Sequence record: PZ242158.1
Length of the DNA: 64,000 nt
Source of the DNA: a phage
Reading direction: 5' to 3' (one strand)
The notes beneath the pieces are model-generated. The model saw nothing but the letters and a program-made list of their open reading frames with translations, was not told where the DNA came from and did not search any database. The position numbers and the translations under genes were made by a program. Shown one piece after another: positions 46,764 through 56,039 of this stretch (positions are counted from its first letter, which is position 1; each line of letters begins with the position of its first letter).

Positions 46764-47747
46764 TTAGATTATCTGAATCAGGGTGTTTTTCATCTCTTCT
46801 CTGGTACGGATGTTGTTACGATCACGAACAACAGATCCACAACCTTCACAGCGGTATGTTTTAAATGCACTCAGCTGAGTATATGCCAAAGCTTCTTCCT
46901 CGTGAAGGTGTTCTCCACCACAGCGTGGGCAACGAACCTTTGGCTCCTCGTCCTGGTAGTACAATGACATGTTTGGGTGCTGCTTAGCAAACGGGCGAGC
47001 CAGCAAATACAGTCCTTCCAGAGACAGGATATCACCAACATTATACTCCCGCATCTGTTTAAATGCCTCAAGATCACCATGGACACACTTGATCCACATT
47101 TCAAATGTGTGATCAATCAGTTTCTGTCGGGCCAGTTGGAAGTATTTGCATGCATACTCCAAAGTGTTTGCATTCAAACGAAATGCCTTTTTGATCATTT
47201 TAAGGGTGTCAACATCTTTGTAGGGGCTTGTTGGAGGCAACCCGTGAAATGCAAATCGTTGGTTGGCCCACCCGCAGTCAAAACCTGAATTGTGGGCTAC
47301 TGCGACATCGCATTTATCCAGATAATACCACAAATCCTGAATCAATTCGAGATCATTGTGAATATCCTCATCCCACATTTTGTAATCTGGAAGAGCGCAA
47401 TCAACCACACTAGGGCTGTCTAACCACTTACCTGCGAAAGTTAGCATATAGGGCATAACTTCAATACCACAGGTTTGAATGTTGGTCTTATAGTGCCCAA
47501 AGAACCAGCCGTTTGTTGGGGATGTCTCTGTATCATACACCCAAACTTTAGCACCTTTGTGCTCTTCAAGGAAGCGCTCCGTTGCCTCTCCTACAATCTC
47601 TGACATATTCTCTTGTGCACGTCTAAGCTGTAGTCGGATCCAGCTCTCACGTGACTCACGGCCTAAAAATTCACGAGCAATTTGTCTATTAGTGTATCCC
47701 TGTTGCTTTAGTGTTAAAATTTGCTCAAGAGTTAACTTTGTCATCAT
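46764..47747 (-). CDS. DnaQ-like (DEDD) 3'-5' exonuclease domain protein with N-terminal HTH and C-terminal zinc ribbon
   Basis: YDTETS (Exo I), VAHNSGFDCGW (Exo II), CPRCGG..CEGCG. Confidence 0.55.
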   Translation of the reverse strand: MMTKLTLEQILTLKQQGYTNRQIAREFLGRESRESWIRLQLRRAQENMSEIVGEATERFLEEHKGAKVWVYDTETSPTNGWFFGHYKTNIQTCGIEVMPYMLTFAGKWLDSPSVVDCALPDYKMWDEDIHNDLELIQDLWYYLDKCDVAVAHNSGFDCGWANQRFAFHGLPPTSPYKDVDTLKMIKKAFRLNANTLEYACKYFQLARQKLIDHTFEMWIKCVHGDLEAFKQMREYNVGDILSLEGLYLLARPFAKQHPNMSLYYQDEEPKVRCPRCGGEHLHEEEALAYTQLSAFKTYRCEGCGSVVRDRNNIRTREEMKNTLIQII

Positions 47748-47759
47748 CGTTAAGATTCC

Positions 47760-47981
47760 TTAGTAAAACTGAAGAATGTCTTTTAAAGCGAAGTCACGAT
47801 ATTCGCCCTTGTCTACATCGAAGGCACGCATCAACCACTGCTCTTCTTTATGATACTCTGTAGAGCCAAACCATAAATTAGGCTCAGTAACGCAGCGATC
47901 TGCAACAACACCTTTCCAGTTACGGTATTTCATCCTGATCAGGACTGAGTCGCAAGGATTGAATACCTTTTTCATCCCCAT
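47760..47981 (-). CDS. hypothetical small protein
   Basis: ORF 73 aa. Confidence 0.45.
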   Translation of the reverse strand: MGMKKVFNPCDSVLIRMKYRNWKGVVADRCVTEPNLWFGSTEYHKEEQWLMRAFDVDKGEYRDFALKDILQFY

Positions 47982-48525
47982 AGAAATCTCTCTCCTCAGT
48001 TTTCTTTATAAACTCTTGCATGTAGAACTCAATAGCCTCATGCTTGGTGCACTCCGGATCAATGACAAGATTGAGATCTGATTCTGCTCGTGCAATAATC
48101 GTAGCTTTAGAGCATCTCCTCAAGAACTTTGTCATATCATCTCTGTAGTTTTTGTGGAGCGGGAAGTCGCTGTAGTCTTTCTCCAAATAGTCAGCCATCC
48201 GGCGCAACGCCTCTGATAAACTGCAATCTGTATACTCGTTACAGTATTTCATCCAGTATTTAAGCACATACCCCTCAAAGGTATTAGTGCATTGAGACAA
48301 AACACCCCTGCAACGACCAGTCAGATGATCATGATCTAAACAAGGCTTACGAAGTGGCTCGCACAAGATCGGATCAAGACCATCCTGCTCCTCTGACAAT
48401 TCTTTTCGAAAGTTGGCTATGTCCTTAGAATCTTTTAACCACCCGTTATGAACTGGGGCTTTGACAGCTTTCTTTCTTATTTTACGCTTTGCGATAATCC
48501 CTCCAGATGAGCCCTGCCTATCCAA
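47920..48525 (-). CDS. endonuclease VII-like Holliday junction resolvase
   Basis: CLDHDHLTGRCRGVLSQCTNTFEG parallels T4 gp49 HLDHDH..RGLLCNLCN..EG. Confidence 0.7.
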   Translation of the reverse strand: MDRQGSSGGIIAKRKIRKKAVKAPVHNGWLKDSKDIANFRKELSEEQDGLDPILCEPLRKPCLDHDHLTGRCRGVLSQCTNTFEGYVLKYWMKYCNEYTDCSLSEALRRMADYLEKDYSDFPLHKNYRDDMTKFLRRCSKATIIARAESDLNLVIDPECTKHEAIEFYMQEFIKKTEERDFYGDEKGIQSLRLSPDQDEIP

Positions 48526-49106
48526 TAAGCATCTGCGAGATCGGCCTTACCTTGTACCAAATTGATCCCGTCTAGGAACCCAGGTTCAGATACTTCGCAG
48601 GCCTTAACCATCAACTTTTTATCCATTGTAACAGGTTTCTTCACAGTATGCTCTTTACCTGTCTTTTTGTCAAGCTTTTTCTTCTCCTCAAAAGCAAGTT
48701 CTTCAGGAAGATGACTACGAGCAAACTTTTTGGCAGTTGTTGGTGTCACTGTGTGGACCTTAAACAGGCCGTCATTTTCACAATCAGCTAAGGCATCCCA
48801 AAGCATAATTTCAAGACCGTAAAACAACCCAGCCAGTTCACGTGTGGCATCCCCGCGTGATCCAAAGGAAAGCCCTTCCATAACCACGGTGTCAACGTGA
48901 TGCGTGTGGATATAATATCTGACCTGTTTGCAGATCCAGTCAATACGCTCAGCAGCTGTTGCAAAAGAAACCGTCCCTGGTTTCTTCTCTTTTGCAGATG
49001 AGCTTTGAGTTCGTAACACAACCTTATGAACAGGCTTTCCATCGTCCCATACAACGCAAGCTGTGTGTGTCAACGACTGGTCTATGGATAATAGACGCTC
49101 TCTCAT
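48477..49106 (-). CDS. putative RNase H-fold (RuvC/YqgF-like) nuclease
   Basis: N-terminal SIDQSLTHTA and MEGLSFGS acidic motifs; weak. Confidence 0.3.
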   Translation of the reverse strand: MRERLLSIDQSLTHTACVVWDDGKPVHKVVLRTQSSSAKEKKPGTVSFATAAERIDWICKQVRYYIHTHHVDTVVMEGLSFGSRGDATRELAGLFYGLEIMLWDALADCENDGLFKVHTVTPTTAKKFARSHLPEELAFEEKKKLDKKTGKEHTVKKPVTMDKKLMVKACEVSEPGFLDGINLVQGKADLADAYWIGRAHLEGLSQSVK

Positions 49107-49438
49107 GCTTCCTCATCCTCCTCTCCTTCATCAGGAGCATAAGCCTTATCTTTGAACAAGACGAGAGAGCAAAGCTTAACATCTGTTTCCACACTGGTGA
49201 ACATGCATAACCGCTCGCCCTCAATCAGCTCACAATCCTCTTTTAAAACAGCAGACCATACACGGTCATCTGCGTAATCATCCGTGTACAGGATGTATGA
49301 AATGGTGTCATCTTCATACAACCGCCACATACCTGTGGCAACAATAAATGTATTTTTTGTTTTAATGGCCCCTGTTGTATGATCATCCTCAAAAACAGCT
49401 TCCATGATTGCATTATCTACAGAATTTTTAGTCATCAA
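49103..49438 (-). CDS. hypothetical protein
   Basis: ORF 111 aa. Confidence 0.45.
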   Translation of the reverse strand: MMTKNSVDNAIMEAVFEDDHTTGAIKTKNTFIVATGMWRLYEDDTISYILYTDDYADDRVWSAVLKEDCELIEGERLCMFTSVETDVKLCSLVLFKDKAYAPDEGEEDEEA

Positions 49439-50574
49439 ATTGCTCCAACATTTCTAAGAACGTTAACAAGTTTTGTTTGATCATTGAATGTTCGCTTCAT
49501 ATACAAACAGTCAAAAATTATACTCATCCATTGACCTACGGAAATTCTACGATCAACACCATTGAAGTCAGTATACTTAACAACACCTTTCGGGAACCAC
49601 TTCTTGTACTGATCAATAATAGCCACCCACATCTCCTTTGGAGTGCTGCACTGAGACAGTAGGTAGAATGCTGAGGCATCCCCGAACTTACCCTTACCGA
49701 TAAGTCCTTGATACGGCTTGATATTGTCAGCAGAGTCACCACACAGCATTTGGTATCCGAAGAACAGCATTCCGTAACCACCAACCTCTCCATTAGGCTT
49801 CATGAAGATGTTCCCCATACCGTTATCGATCAGCATAGGGGTTTCCCTTACAAAATCTCCCTTATCGTTTCGCATGGGATCGAACACAAGCCCCGGTAGT
49901 GTTCTTTGGTCCTTATCAATAGAGATAATAAACTTGTTGAACTTACCTGTTTTTTGGTAGTGGTTCCAACCTTCAAATTGCTGAATAGCTAACCAGTCGT
50001 CAGCCTCGATACCGTTGATCACTTGAGCATTATACTGCTTTTGGAGATACTGTCTTGCATCTCCAAGCAGCAGTGGTCGAAGAGTATTGTTACGGTTGGC
50101 CTTGTATCTTTCCGGCATTGGAAGATCTAGTCTGAAGTTACCTGTGCCTCCCAACACCCCGACACATCGCTCTTCCGGAATACCCAGATAGTTAAGAACT
50201 GCATTAGCTTTACACTTAATTGTGTGTAAGCAGTTCTCTACAGGATCAGGGGTTTGGATATCCAAGACATCGAAATCTTCGCGTGTCCACGGAATAAACT
50301 CCTTTCCAGCCTTTTTACATGCGGCTTCACGGTTGGTATTCTCAGCTTTTAACCAACCACCAACGGTGTTCTTCTGCCTCCCCCAGAACTCTGTTCGTGT
50401 TTTAAACATCTTCTTGCGTCCGGAGGCTTTGTGTGTTACCTCAATTGTCCTTTTTTCACAACTTGCCGCAGCTTGATATGCAACCTGGTCGAAGTCATAA
50501 TAAACTATAGCGTCAGGTTCGAGAAGATCAGCAAGACAATCTACAGATTCAATAAGTGGATATTCTCTACTCAA
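49435..50574 (-). CDS. 5'-3' exonuclease / flap endonuclease (T4 RNase H-like)
   Basis: YYDFDQVAYQA, GIEADDWLAI, IISIDKDQ, GDSADNIKPY resemble FEN-family motifs. Confidence 0.6.
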   Translation of the reverse strand: MSREYPLIESVDCLADLLEPDAIVYYDFDQVAYQAAASCEKRTIEVTHKASGRKKMFKTRTEFWGRQKNTVGGWLKAENTNREAACKKAGKEFIPWTREDFDVLDIQTPDPVENCLHTIKCKANAVLNYLGIPEERCVGVLGGTGNFRLDLPMPERYKANRNNTLRPLLLGDARQYLQKQYNAQVINGIEADDWLAIQQFEGWNHYQKTGKFNKFIISIDKDQRTLPGLVFDPMRNDKGDFVRETPMLIDNGMGNIFMKPNGEVGGYGMLFFGYQMLCGDSADNIKPYQGLIGKGKFGDASAFYLLSQCSTPKEMWVAIIDQYKKWFPKGVVKYTDFNGVDRRISVGQWMSIIFDCLYMKRTFNDQTKLVNVLRNVGAI

Positions 50575-50875
50575 AGTCCCTCCTGTTAGTTACTCTGCAA
50601 GATGGTTGGATGCTGTAATGAAATGCATCATCACTTTCTGCAATAAGTGACTCAACATCCCAATACTTTTCAAAAAGGAACGGATTAGACCCCCAGTGGT
50701 GGGTTATTTTCATCAAGGAGTCTGGTATCAGATAGCCACAGATCTTAATTACATCGCCAGGTTGAATTGTGTTTTCATGAAGGTTGCTTGCCTTCTTCAG
50801 AATCATACCTTTGTGATTCTCATTTGCATACAACTGGACGATATCTTTATCTTCAACAATAAAAATTTTAAGCAT
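50567..50875 (-). CDS. hypothetical protein
   Basis: ORF 102 aa. Confidence 0.45.
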   Translation of the reverse strand: MLKIFIVEDKDIVQLYANENHKGMILKKASNLHENTIQPGDVIKICGYLIPDSLMKITHHWGSNPFLFEKYWDVESLIAESDDAFHYSIQPSCRVTNRRDFE

Positions 50876-50934
50876 ACCTAGTTCTCCTAGTTAATAAATA
50901 GTTAACTGATAATATCAGATCAGAGACTCATTTG

Positions 50935-51228
50935 TCAAGACTTTTTAGTCTTTCTTGGAGAGCTTTTTGTTGATCTTTTTCTTTTGTGGTAAATTCCAAG
51001 TGCAGCATTTTCTTGGGCACACGTTTTAACGGTTTTTAGATCAGAGCTTTCAGCTTTAGGTAGATTAAGCTCCCACCAACCCAACCAGTAAAGCTCTGAT
51101 TCCGACAGCTGCTCAGATTCAGACTTCCGATACAAGGCTTGCATACCTCTGATGATATCGTCCAGAGGTGTATCGAATACAAAAGCTGTCTTATCAAATT
51201 TCTCTTTTGCAGGTTTCTTAGCCATCAA
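50935..51228 (-). CDS. hypothetical basic protein
   Basis: ORF 97 aa. Confidence 0.45.
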   Translation of the reverse strand: MMAKKPAKEKFDKTAFVFDTPLDDIIRGMQALYRKSESEQLSESELYWLGWWELNLPKAESSDLKTVKTCAQENAALGIYHKRKRSTKSSPRKTKKS

Positions 51229-51682
51229 GGTAACCCTCTATCCACGAAAAGTCAGTCTTCCATTCTGGAACTTTACTAAGCTCACGCCACTCTGCAAAGC
51301 AGTCTCGGTAATAGGCCTCTGCCATACCCTTGGTGATCTTATTCACCTTAGCCAACTGATTAACTGCCTGAGCATACTTTCCACGGATATTTGCTAACCC
51401 AGGATGCACAGATGTGTGACAATCTGGGCACAACGCTATCAGTCCGACAAGCCGGATCACTCCCTCTTCGAAAGTGTAAAGTTCATGACACTCCACTGGA
51501 TGTTTGCTGCCTTTACCTCCGCACACCTCACAAGTGTAGTTGGCTTCTCTGTAACACTTCTTACGGATCTTATCCCACTCACTCTTCTTCACAGCGTTTC
51601 GGAGGTTATTATACCAAGCTGTTTCTGGGATCAGTTGCACAATAAGCCTGCGTTCAGACTTCATTAAACGTCCGTCTTCCAC
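51218..51682 (-). CDS. zinc-finger/HNH-like protein
   Basis: CEVCGG..H..ECHEL..CPDCHTSVH. Confidence 0.4.
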   Translation of the reverse strand: MEDGRLMKSERRLIVQLIPETAWYNNLRNAVKKSEWDKIRKKCYREANYTCEVCGGKGSKHPVECHELYTFEEGVIRLVGLIALCPDCHTSVHPGLANIRGKYAQAVNQLAKVNKITKGMAEAYYRDCFAEWRELSKVPEWKTDFSWIEGYLDG

Positions 51683-51691
51683 GTATCCTCC

Positions 51692-51898
51692 TCATTCAAA
51701 GAAATGGGTGCGAGGGCAGGAACCTGCCTCACCTTGTTTCACAAGCTCGTAGAGCTCACCTTGGCTTGTCTCATAAAGGCAAATACGTTTACCATTGTCC
51801 CGATATACATCGACAAGATACGCTGTTTCACCTGCAAACACGACACCACAGGACAGACATGCTGCCATGAACAAAATTGCCAACAGAAAATCTTTCAT
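51692..51898 (-). CDS. small secreted Cys-containing protein
   Basis: Signal peptide-like MKDFLLAILFMAACLSCGVVFA. Confidence 0.45.
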   Translation of the reverse strand: MKDFLLAILFMAACLSCGVVFAGETAYLVDVYRDNGKRICLYETSQGELYELVKQGEAGSCPRTHFFE

Positions 51899-51961
51899 GG
51901 TTAAACCCTCCTAAACATTTTATGAGGTAACAATACCACGTCCGTGTGGTTATGTCAATGA

Positions 51962-52723
51962 TCAATCCTCAACACAAGGTCTTGGATAGCCTCTGGATAA
52001 CTTCCACTCAGTTAGTGACATCCCTCCGTAGAGACAGTTTACTTCCCAAGACTTTCTTGCACAAACTGCCTCCCACCACGGATTTAGCCACTTCCTGTCG
52101 TTGAAGCATCTTAAGTTTCTTCCTTTGTTATCTCGTGCCCTCCAACAGGTATCTTTCTTAGACCAATCAATACCTGGCAGGATATTATTCTTGTGCGGGT
52201 TTGGAACTATCTTTAAAGCCTCTTCCGGGTTGGCTATTGACCATTCAACCCTAGACTTAGCCTCTTCGAAAGTGTCAAAATCTCCCAACCTAACATTTAC
52301 CCTATTTATCCTTCTACTTGCCCTCCACTTACCCTCTCTTTTCAGCCATACCACACCAGTCACTGTAGAGGTGTTATTGCTTTGCACATTTTCCAAGGCT
52401 CTCTTACAGTAGTTATCCCAAGGCTTCAACATTTGAAGGTTTTCTATCTTGTCTACAGGCACTCCGTTAGTAGAATTTTTCTTAGAGACGATATGATCGA
52501 TATGCCAAGTATCTGTGACACATCCGTAAAACATGTCAAAAATTTCCCTATGTCTGCCACGTTTAACATTTGTCAGCTTATTGTACACTTGGAAATATCC
52601 AGTCTTTTTGTTGTAGTGTCCAGCCCTATTTCCATTCCTACTGTAGCCAGGTTTCCAAAAGATTAGATCACCATCCTTGTACCAATAAGGATAGTGATCA
52701 TTAAAAAAGAAATGTATCTTCAT
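51962..52723 (-). CDS. HNH homing endonuclease with AP2 DNA-binding domain
   Basis: HIDH..N..N HNH core and AP2-like GVVWLKREGKWRASRRI...LGDFDTFEEA. Confidence 0.7.
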   Translation of the reverse strand: MKIHFFFNDHYPYWYKDGDLIFWKPGYSRNGNRAGHYNKKTGYFQVYNKLTNVKRGRHREIFDMFYGCVTDTWHIDHIVSKKNSTNGVPVDKIENLQMLKPWDNYCKRALENVQSNNTSTVTGVVWLKREGKWRASRRINRVNVRLGDFDTFEEAKSRVEWSIANPEEALKIVPNPHKNNILPGIDWSKKDTCWRARDNKGRNLRCFNDRKWLNPWWEAVCARKSWEVNCLYGGMSLTEWKLSRGYPRPCVED

Positions 52724-52748
52724 ATCTCAACACACCTCTGGTGTAGAA

Positions 52749-52770
52749 AGGTAGGCGAGTGGCCTACCTT
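52749..52770 (-). terminator. hairpin terminator (GGTAGGC-GAGT-GGCCTACC + T-tract)
   Basis: Stem-loop with flanking T/A tracts, potentially bidirectional. Confidence 0.5.
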
Positions 52771-52777
52771 TTGATCA

Positions 52778-53275
52778 TTAATCCAGAACAACACCTCCAA
52801 ACTCTACAAATTTCTTAAGCAACTTGTCAATGGTTTTTGGATTTTGGTCGTACTGGTTGTATGGGAACGAAGCCCAAATATTTGAGGTCTTACGTATAGC
52901 AGATTTAATATGACCGTTATCTATGTCTTCAAGTGCTTTACGTTCCCTGATCAACTGGATTGCCCACTTATCCTGGCTATCTGGTCCAAAATCCGGCAAC
53001 TTAAGCTGTTTTTTGTAGTGTTCCCAGTATTTGACAAGAAATTGATATTTACCGCAGGCTGTAGTTCTTTGCCCTTTTGAGTTAAACACTTTACCAGGGC
53101 GACCGTTTGCAAAAGGGTGCGTAGAAAAATCTGTAAAGATTTCAGGTTTTCCGTCCATCCCGTATGCTACAACATCGTATCCTCCACATTTGGTGGCAGG
53201 GTGGGTTGTTGTTCCCTCTGCCCAGCCAATAAGATCCAAGAAAGCTTTTCGTTGAACATTTTTATCAAGTTTCAT
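52778..53275 (-). CDS. endolysin, lambda R-type lytic transglycosylase
   Basis: NVQRKAFLDLIGWAEGT...CGKYQFL...WASFP closely parallels lambda R. Confidence 0.8.
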   Translation of the reverse strand: MKLDKNVQRKAFLDLIGWAEGTTTHPATKCGGYDVVAYGMDGKPEIFTDFSTHPFANGRPGKVFNSKGQRTTACGKYQFLVKYWEHYKKQLKLPDFGPDSQDKWAIQLIRERKALEDIDNGHIKSAIRKTSNIWASFPYNQYDQNPKTIDKLLKKFVEFGGVVLD

Positions 53276-53402
53276 TTTTCATACTCTCCAGTTTACTCAT
53301 AACTAACCAGATCAACAACACTACACAGTGTGGTTGTTATGTAGGTACCAATTGAAAAACCATCATTCGATTGGCTACCGTTACCTACTAAACCTTCCTA
53401 CA

Positions 53403-54686
53403 TCATTCCAGAACCTCCCAAGTGTCTGGGTCAACATTTCGGACGCAGATACCGACAGGGAATTGGTAGTTGTTGTCTTCTGTCCTTGATTGATATTTGA
53501 AGGTGACAAACTTGCCGATCATTTCCTGCATCCTGTCATAGCTACGCTCCTCGTGCGTGCCTTTCATCTTCATTTTAACAATAACACCTTCCTTGTCAAC
53601 ACAGATAAGAACACCTTCATCATTCTTATCTTTCTCAACGTCAATAACTTTCACCTCTGCGTCGTTGAACTTTTTCCATTTCAATGCTTCAGATGTTCGC
53701 TGACCGTACTCGTATTTACCGCAGAAATTACGCATGATAGTACCTTCATATCCTTCGGACATGAATATACCAACAGATTCTTCGCAATGATCAACTGTGT
53801 ACGCAAGCTCTGCGTCAACAACCTTGATATGGTCAAGCATCAGAGTGGTAACGGTATCCTCTGCATCCATAAGATCCTTGCAGCGTCCAGACTCTGTTTC
53901 TGGATCCCACCACACCTTGTCGCTAGGAATATCAAAAATGTGATACTCCAGATCGTAGCTACAGTACCCACCGTAACGCAAATCATCACGAACAGGCTCA
54001 ACATCGACAGGAATATCTACCTTGTTGAAGTTTTTGTATGTTGATAAGCCTGCCTTAATTGCTGCATGACGGCGTTTTTTATCTGCCTCATAGTCTTTAT
54101 CGATCTCGGCCTGAATCTCTTCCTGTGTGCGCCACCGTTTAGCAAGAGACACTATTTTCTGCAAAGGAAGACCATGAATGTATAGTTCCCCATCAAGTTG
54201 TTTAATCCCAGTGGTAGAATGGAAAGAACGAAGTTGCTCTAAAAGCTTTCCTTGAATAGGGTAGGACTTATTACCACGGGAAATAAATTTAGGCTCACCA
54301 TTTTGGAAAACAACAAGCAGACGAAGGCCATCTAACTTACGCAAGATCCAGCAAGGTAATTTAAGTGCCTTGCCACGCTTCAGGTAGTCATGCACCAGCA
54401 TGGGTAAAAGATCAACACCCTGCTCGCAATCTTCCATGTTTTCAACATACCCCAGACGGACTTGTTTTTCCCACTTGCTGATAGCCTCAAGCTCGGCCTG
54501 TTGCTCAGCTGTAGTCTCGTTGGCACGACCTACGTTCTTAGGTGTGCATACCGTCTCTTTGTACTGCAGTTTACCATCAAGCTTGCCAAACTCTACGATA
54601 ACCTTATCACCATCCGTGAATACTTTCCACTGTTGGTAGCTGCCATCTTTATTCAGTGCGTACAGTGTTGTTTTGATCTGATGCAT
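53403..54686 (-). CDS. ATP-dependent DNA ligase
   Basis: Motif I RKLDGLR (KxDGxR), motif III DGELYIHG, downstream EG and K-x-K motifs. Confidence 0.7.
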   Translation of the reverse strand: MHQIKTTLYALNKDGSYQQWKVFTDGDKVIVEFGKLDGKLQYKETVCTPKNVGRANETTAEQQAELEAISKWEKQVRLGYVENMEDCEQGVDLLPMLVHDYLKRGKALKLPCWILRKLDGLRLLVVFQNGEPKFISRGNKSYPIQGKLLEQLRSFHSTTGIKQLDGELYIHGLPLQKIVSLAKRWRTQEEIQAEIDKDYEADKKRRHAAIKAGLSTYKNFNKVDIPVDVEPVRDDLRYGGYCSYDLEYHIFDIPSDKVWWDPETESGRCKDLMDAEDTVTTLMLDHIKVVDAELAYTVDHCEESVGIFMSEGYEGTIMRNFCGKYEYGQRTSEALKWKKFNDAEVKVIDVEKDKNDEGVLICVDKEGVIVKMKMKGTHEERSYDRMQEMIGKFVTFKYQSRTEDNNYQFPVGICVRNVDPDTWEVLE

Positions 54687-54955
54687 TACTCGGCCTCTTC
54701 CTTAAAAATTTTAAACATCTCTTCTTTACTCATTACCAACCAGTCTCCCATAAAGTCAACTAGCCAATCTCCCTGGTACAAGACAAGGTTACCAAAAGGC
54801 TCGACAAGCTCACACATGCGACGAAGATCTCTGGTCCGAACAGGTGACGATGTAAACACACCTGTATCAATCCACCGTTGCAGATCAGATACTGATGAAG
54901 AGCTTCCGTCAAACTGATGTGCTTCTACAGGTTTAGCAAGATTAAATAACGGCAT
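54686..54955 (-). CDS. hypothetical protein
   Basis: ORF 89 aa. Confidence 0.45.
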   Translation of the reverse strand: MPLFNLAKPVEAHQFDGSSSSVSDLQRWIDTGVFTSSPVRTRDLRRMCELVEPFGNLVLYQGDWLVDFMGDWLVMSKEEMFKIFKEEAE

Positions 54956-55250
54956 TGCAGTCCTCCTTCTGTAGTAGGTCTTTTATAGGATAAACAAGTA
55001 AGTGTGGGTCGTAATAACGTATAGTCCTATTCTGCCACACTATGAACTTTATTACAACCAAATTTACAATATCTTTATCACCATGTAGCCCAACACACAC
55101 ATTTGTCCATATTTTGTGGTTGAAGACCTTGCTATCGATGTAGATTTTAGTGTCAAACTTATCTTCCATTCTACCAATAAGTTTGATCAGCTCCTTCATC
55201 TGGTCGCCAAACACAGCATCTTTTTCAAGATCTCTGGAATGCTTGTACAT
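54942..55250 (-). CDS. hypothetical protein
   Basis: ORF 102 aa. Confidence 0.45.
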   Translation of the reverse strand: MYKHSRDLEKDAVFGDQMKELIKLIGRMEDKFDTKIYIDSKVFNHKIWTNVCVGLHGDKDIVNLVVIKFIVWQNRTIRYYDPHLLVYPIKDLLQKEDCNAVI

Positions 55251-55288
55251 AACTGACTACCTCACTGCATACTTTCCATAATAAGTAA

Positions 55289-55306
55289 AGCCGGGTAATC
55301 CCGGCT
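55289..55306 (-). terminator. hairpin terminator (AGCCGGG-TAAT-CCCGGCT)
   Basis: GC stem in intergenic gap. Confidence 0.45.
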
Positions 55307-55312
55307 ATGTTG

Positions 55313-56026
55313 TTAAATATACTCTGTTACATCCTTGAAGCTCGAAGGCTTCATAATCTTACCTTTACTGTCAAGGAATATAATAACTTTATTGCCGTTG
55401 TAGAACTCCTCTTTAGCAACGAAACCTTCGTAGCGACCACCAAAACGACGCTCAAGATCTTTAATCTCCAACTCGATGAGTTGTTCAGCAGGCATATCTG
55501 CACTGGCACCGTGTGAATGCCGTAGATGGTTGATCCGTGCAAACTTACTGTCATTAGATTTTAGAACCTTCCGCATCATCCCACACACATCCCCGCTAAG
55601 CTGGAACAGCAAAGCTGTTGATAACTCCGCTAGTCGGTAAGCTGACGCTCTTTGCTTGGATGTGTTTTTCGCAGCGATCAGTGTATCATAGAACTCACCG
55701 ATCTTGAACTTAAGACCTCGCGGATTATCAAACAGGTTTGACCACTTTTCGTGGTTATCATTAACAAGATAAGCTGCATAACTTGTGACAACGTGAAGAT
55801 CGCAGGCCTCTTTTAGCAGGTGATCTCCACCATCACCTTTCTCCAGCTCTTCCAAAACTTCATTGAACTCTTCCTCAATGAAGCTAAGCTGTAATTCGAA
55901 TGGTGTGTATGATTTTTTCACTTTAGCTGCCACACGGTTCCAGTTTTCCACCCAGTTGGCAGACCAAAGGTAGTTTTCAGGCTGGGACAGTTTTTCCAGG
56001 TTGTCGATCAGTTTAGTATTCAGCAT
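55313..56026 (-). CDS. hypothetical protein, possibly MazG-like nucleotide pyrophosphohydrolase fold
   Basis: EEEFNEVLEEL...LLKEACDL pattern reminiscent of MazG E..E...E..D motif; weak. Confidence 0.3.
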   Translation of the reverse strand: MLNTKLIDNLEKLSQPENYLWSANWVENWNRVAAKVKKSYTPFELQLSFIEEEFNEVLEELEKGDGGDHLLKEACDLHVVTSYAAYLVNDNHEKWSNLFDNPRGLKFKIGEFYDTLIAAKNTSKQRASAYRLAELSTALLFQLSGDVCGMMRKVLKSNDSKFARINHLRHSHGASADMPAEQLIELEIKDLERRFGGRYEGFVAKEEFYNGNKVIIFLDSKGKIMKPSSFKDVTEYI

Positions 56027-56039
56027 TAAAGGTCTCCTT

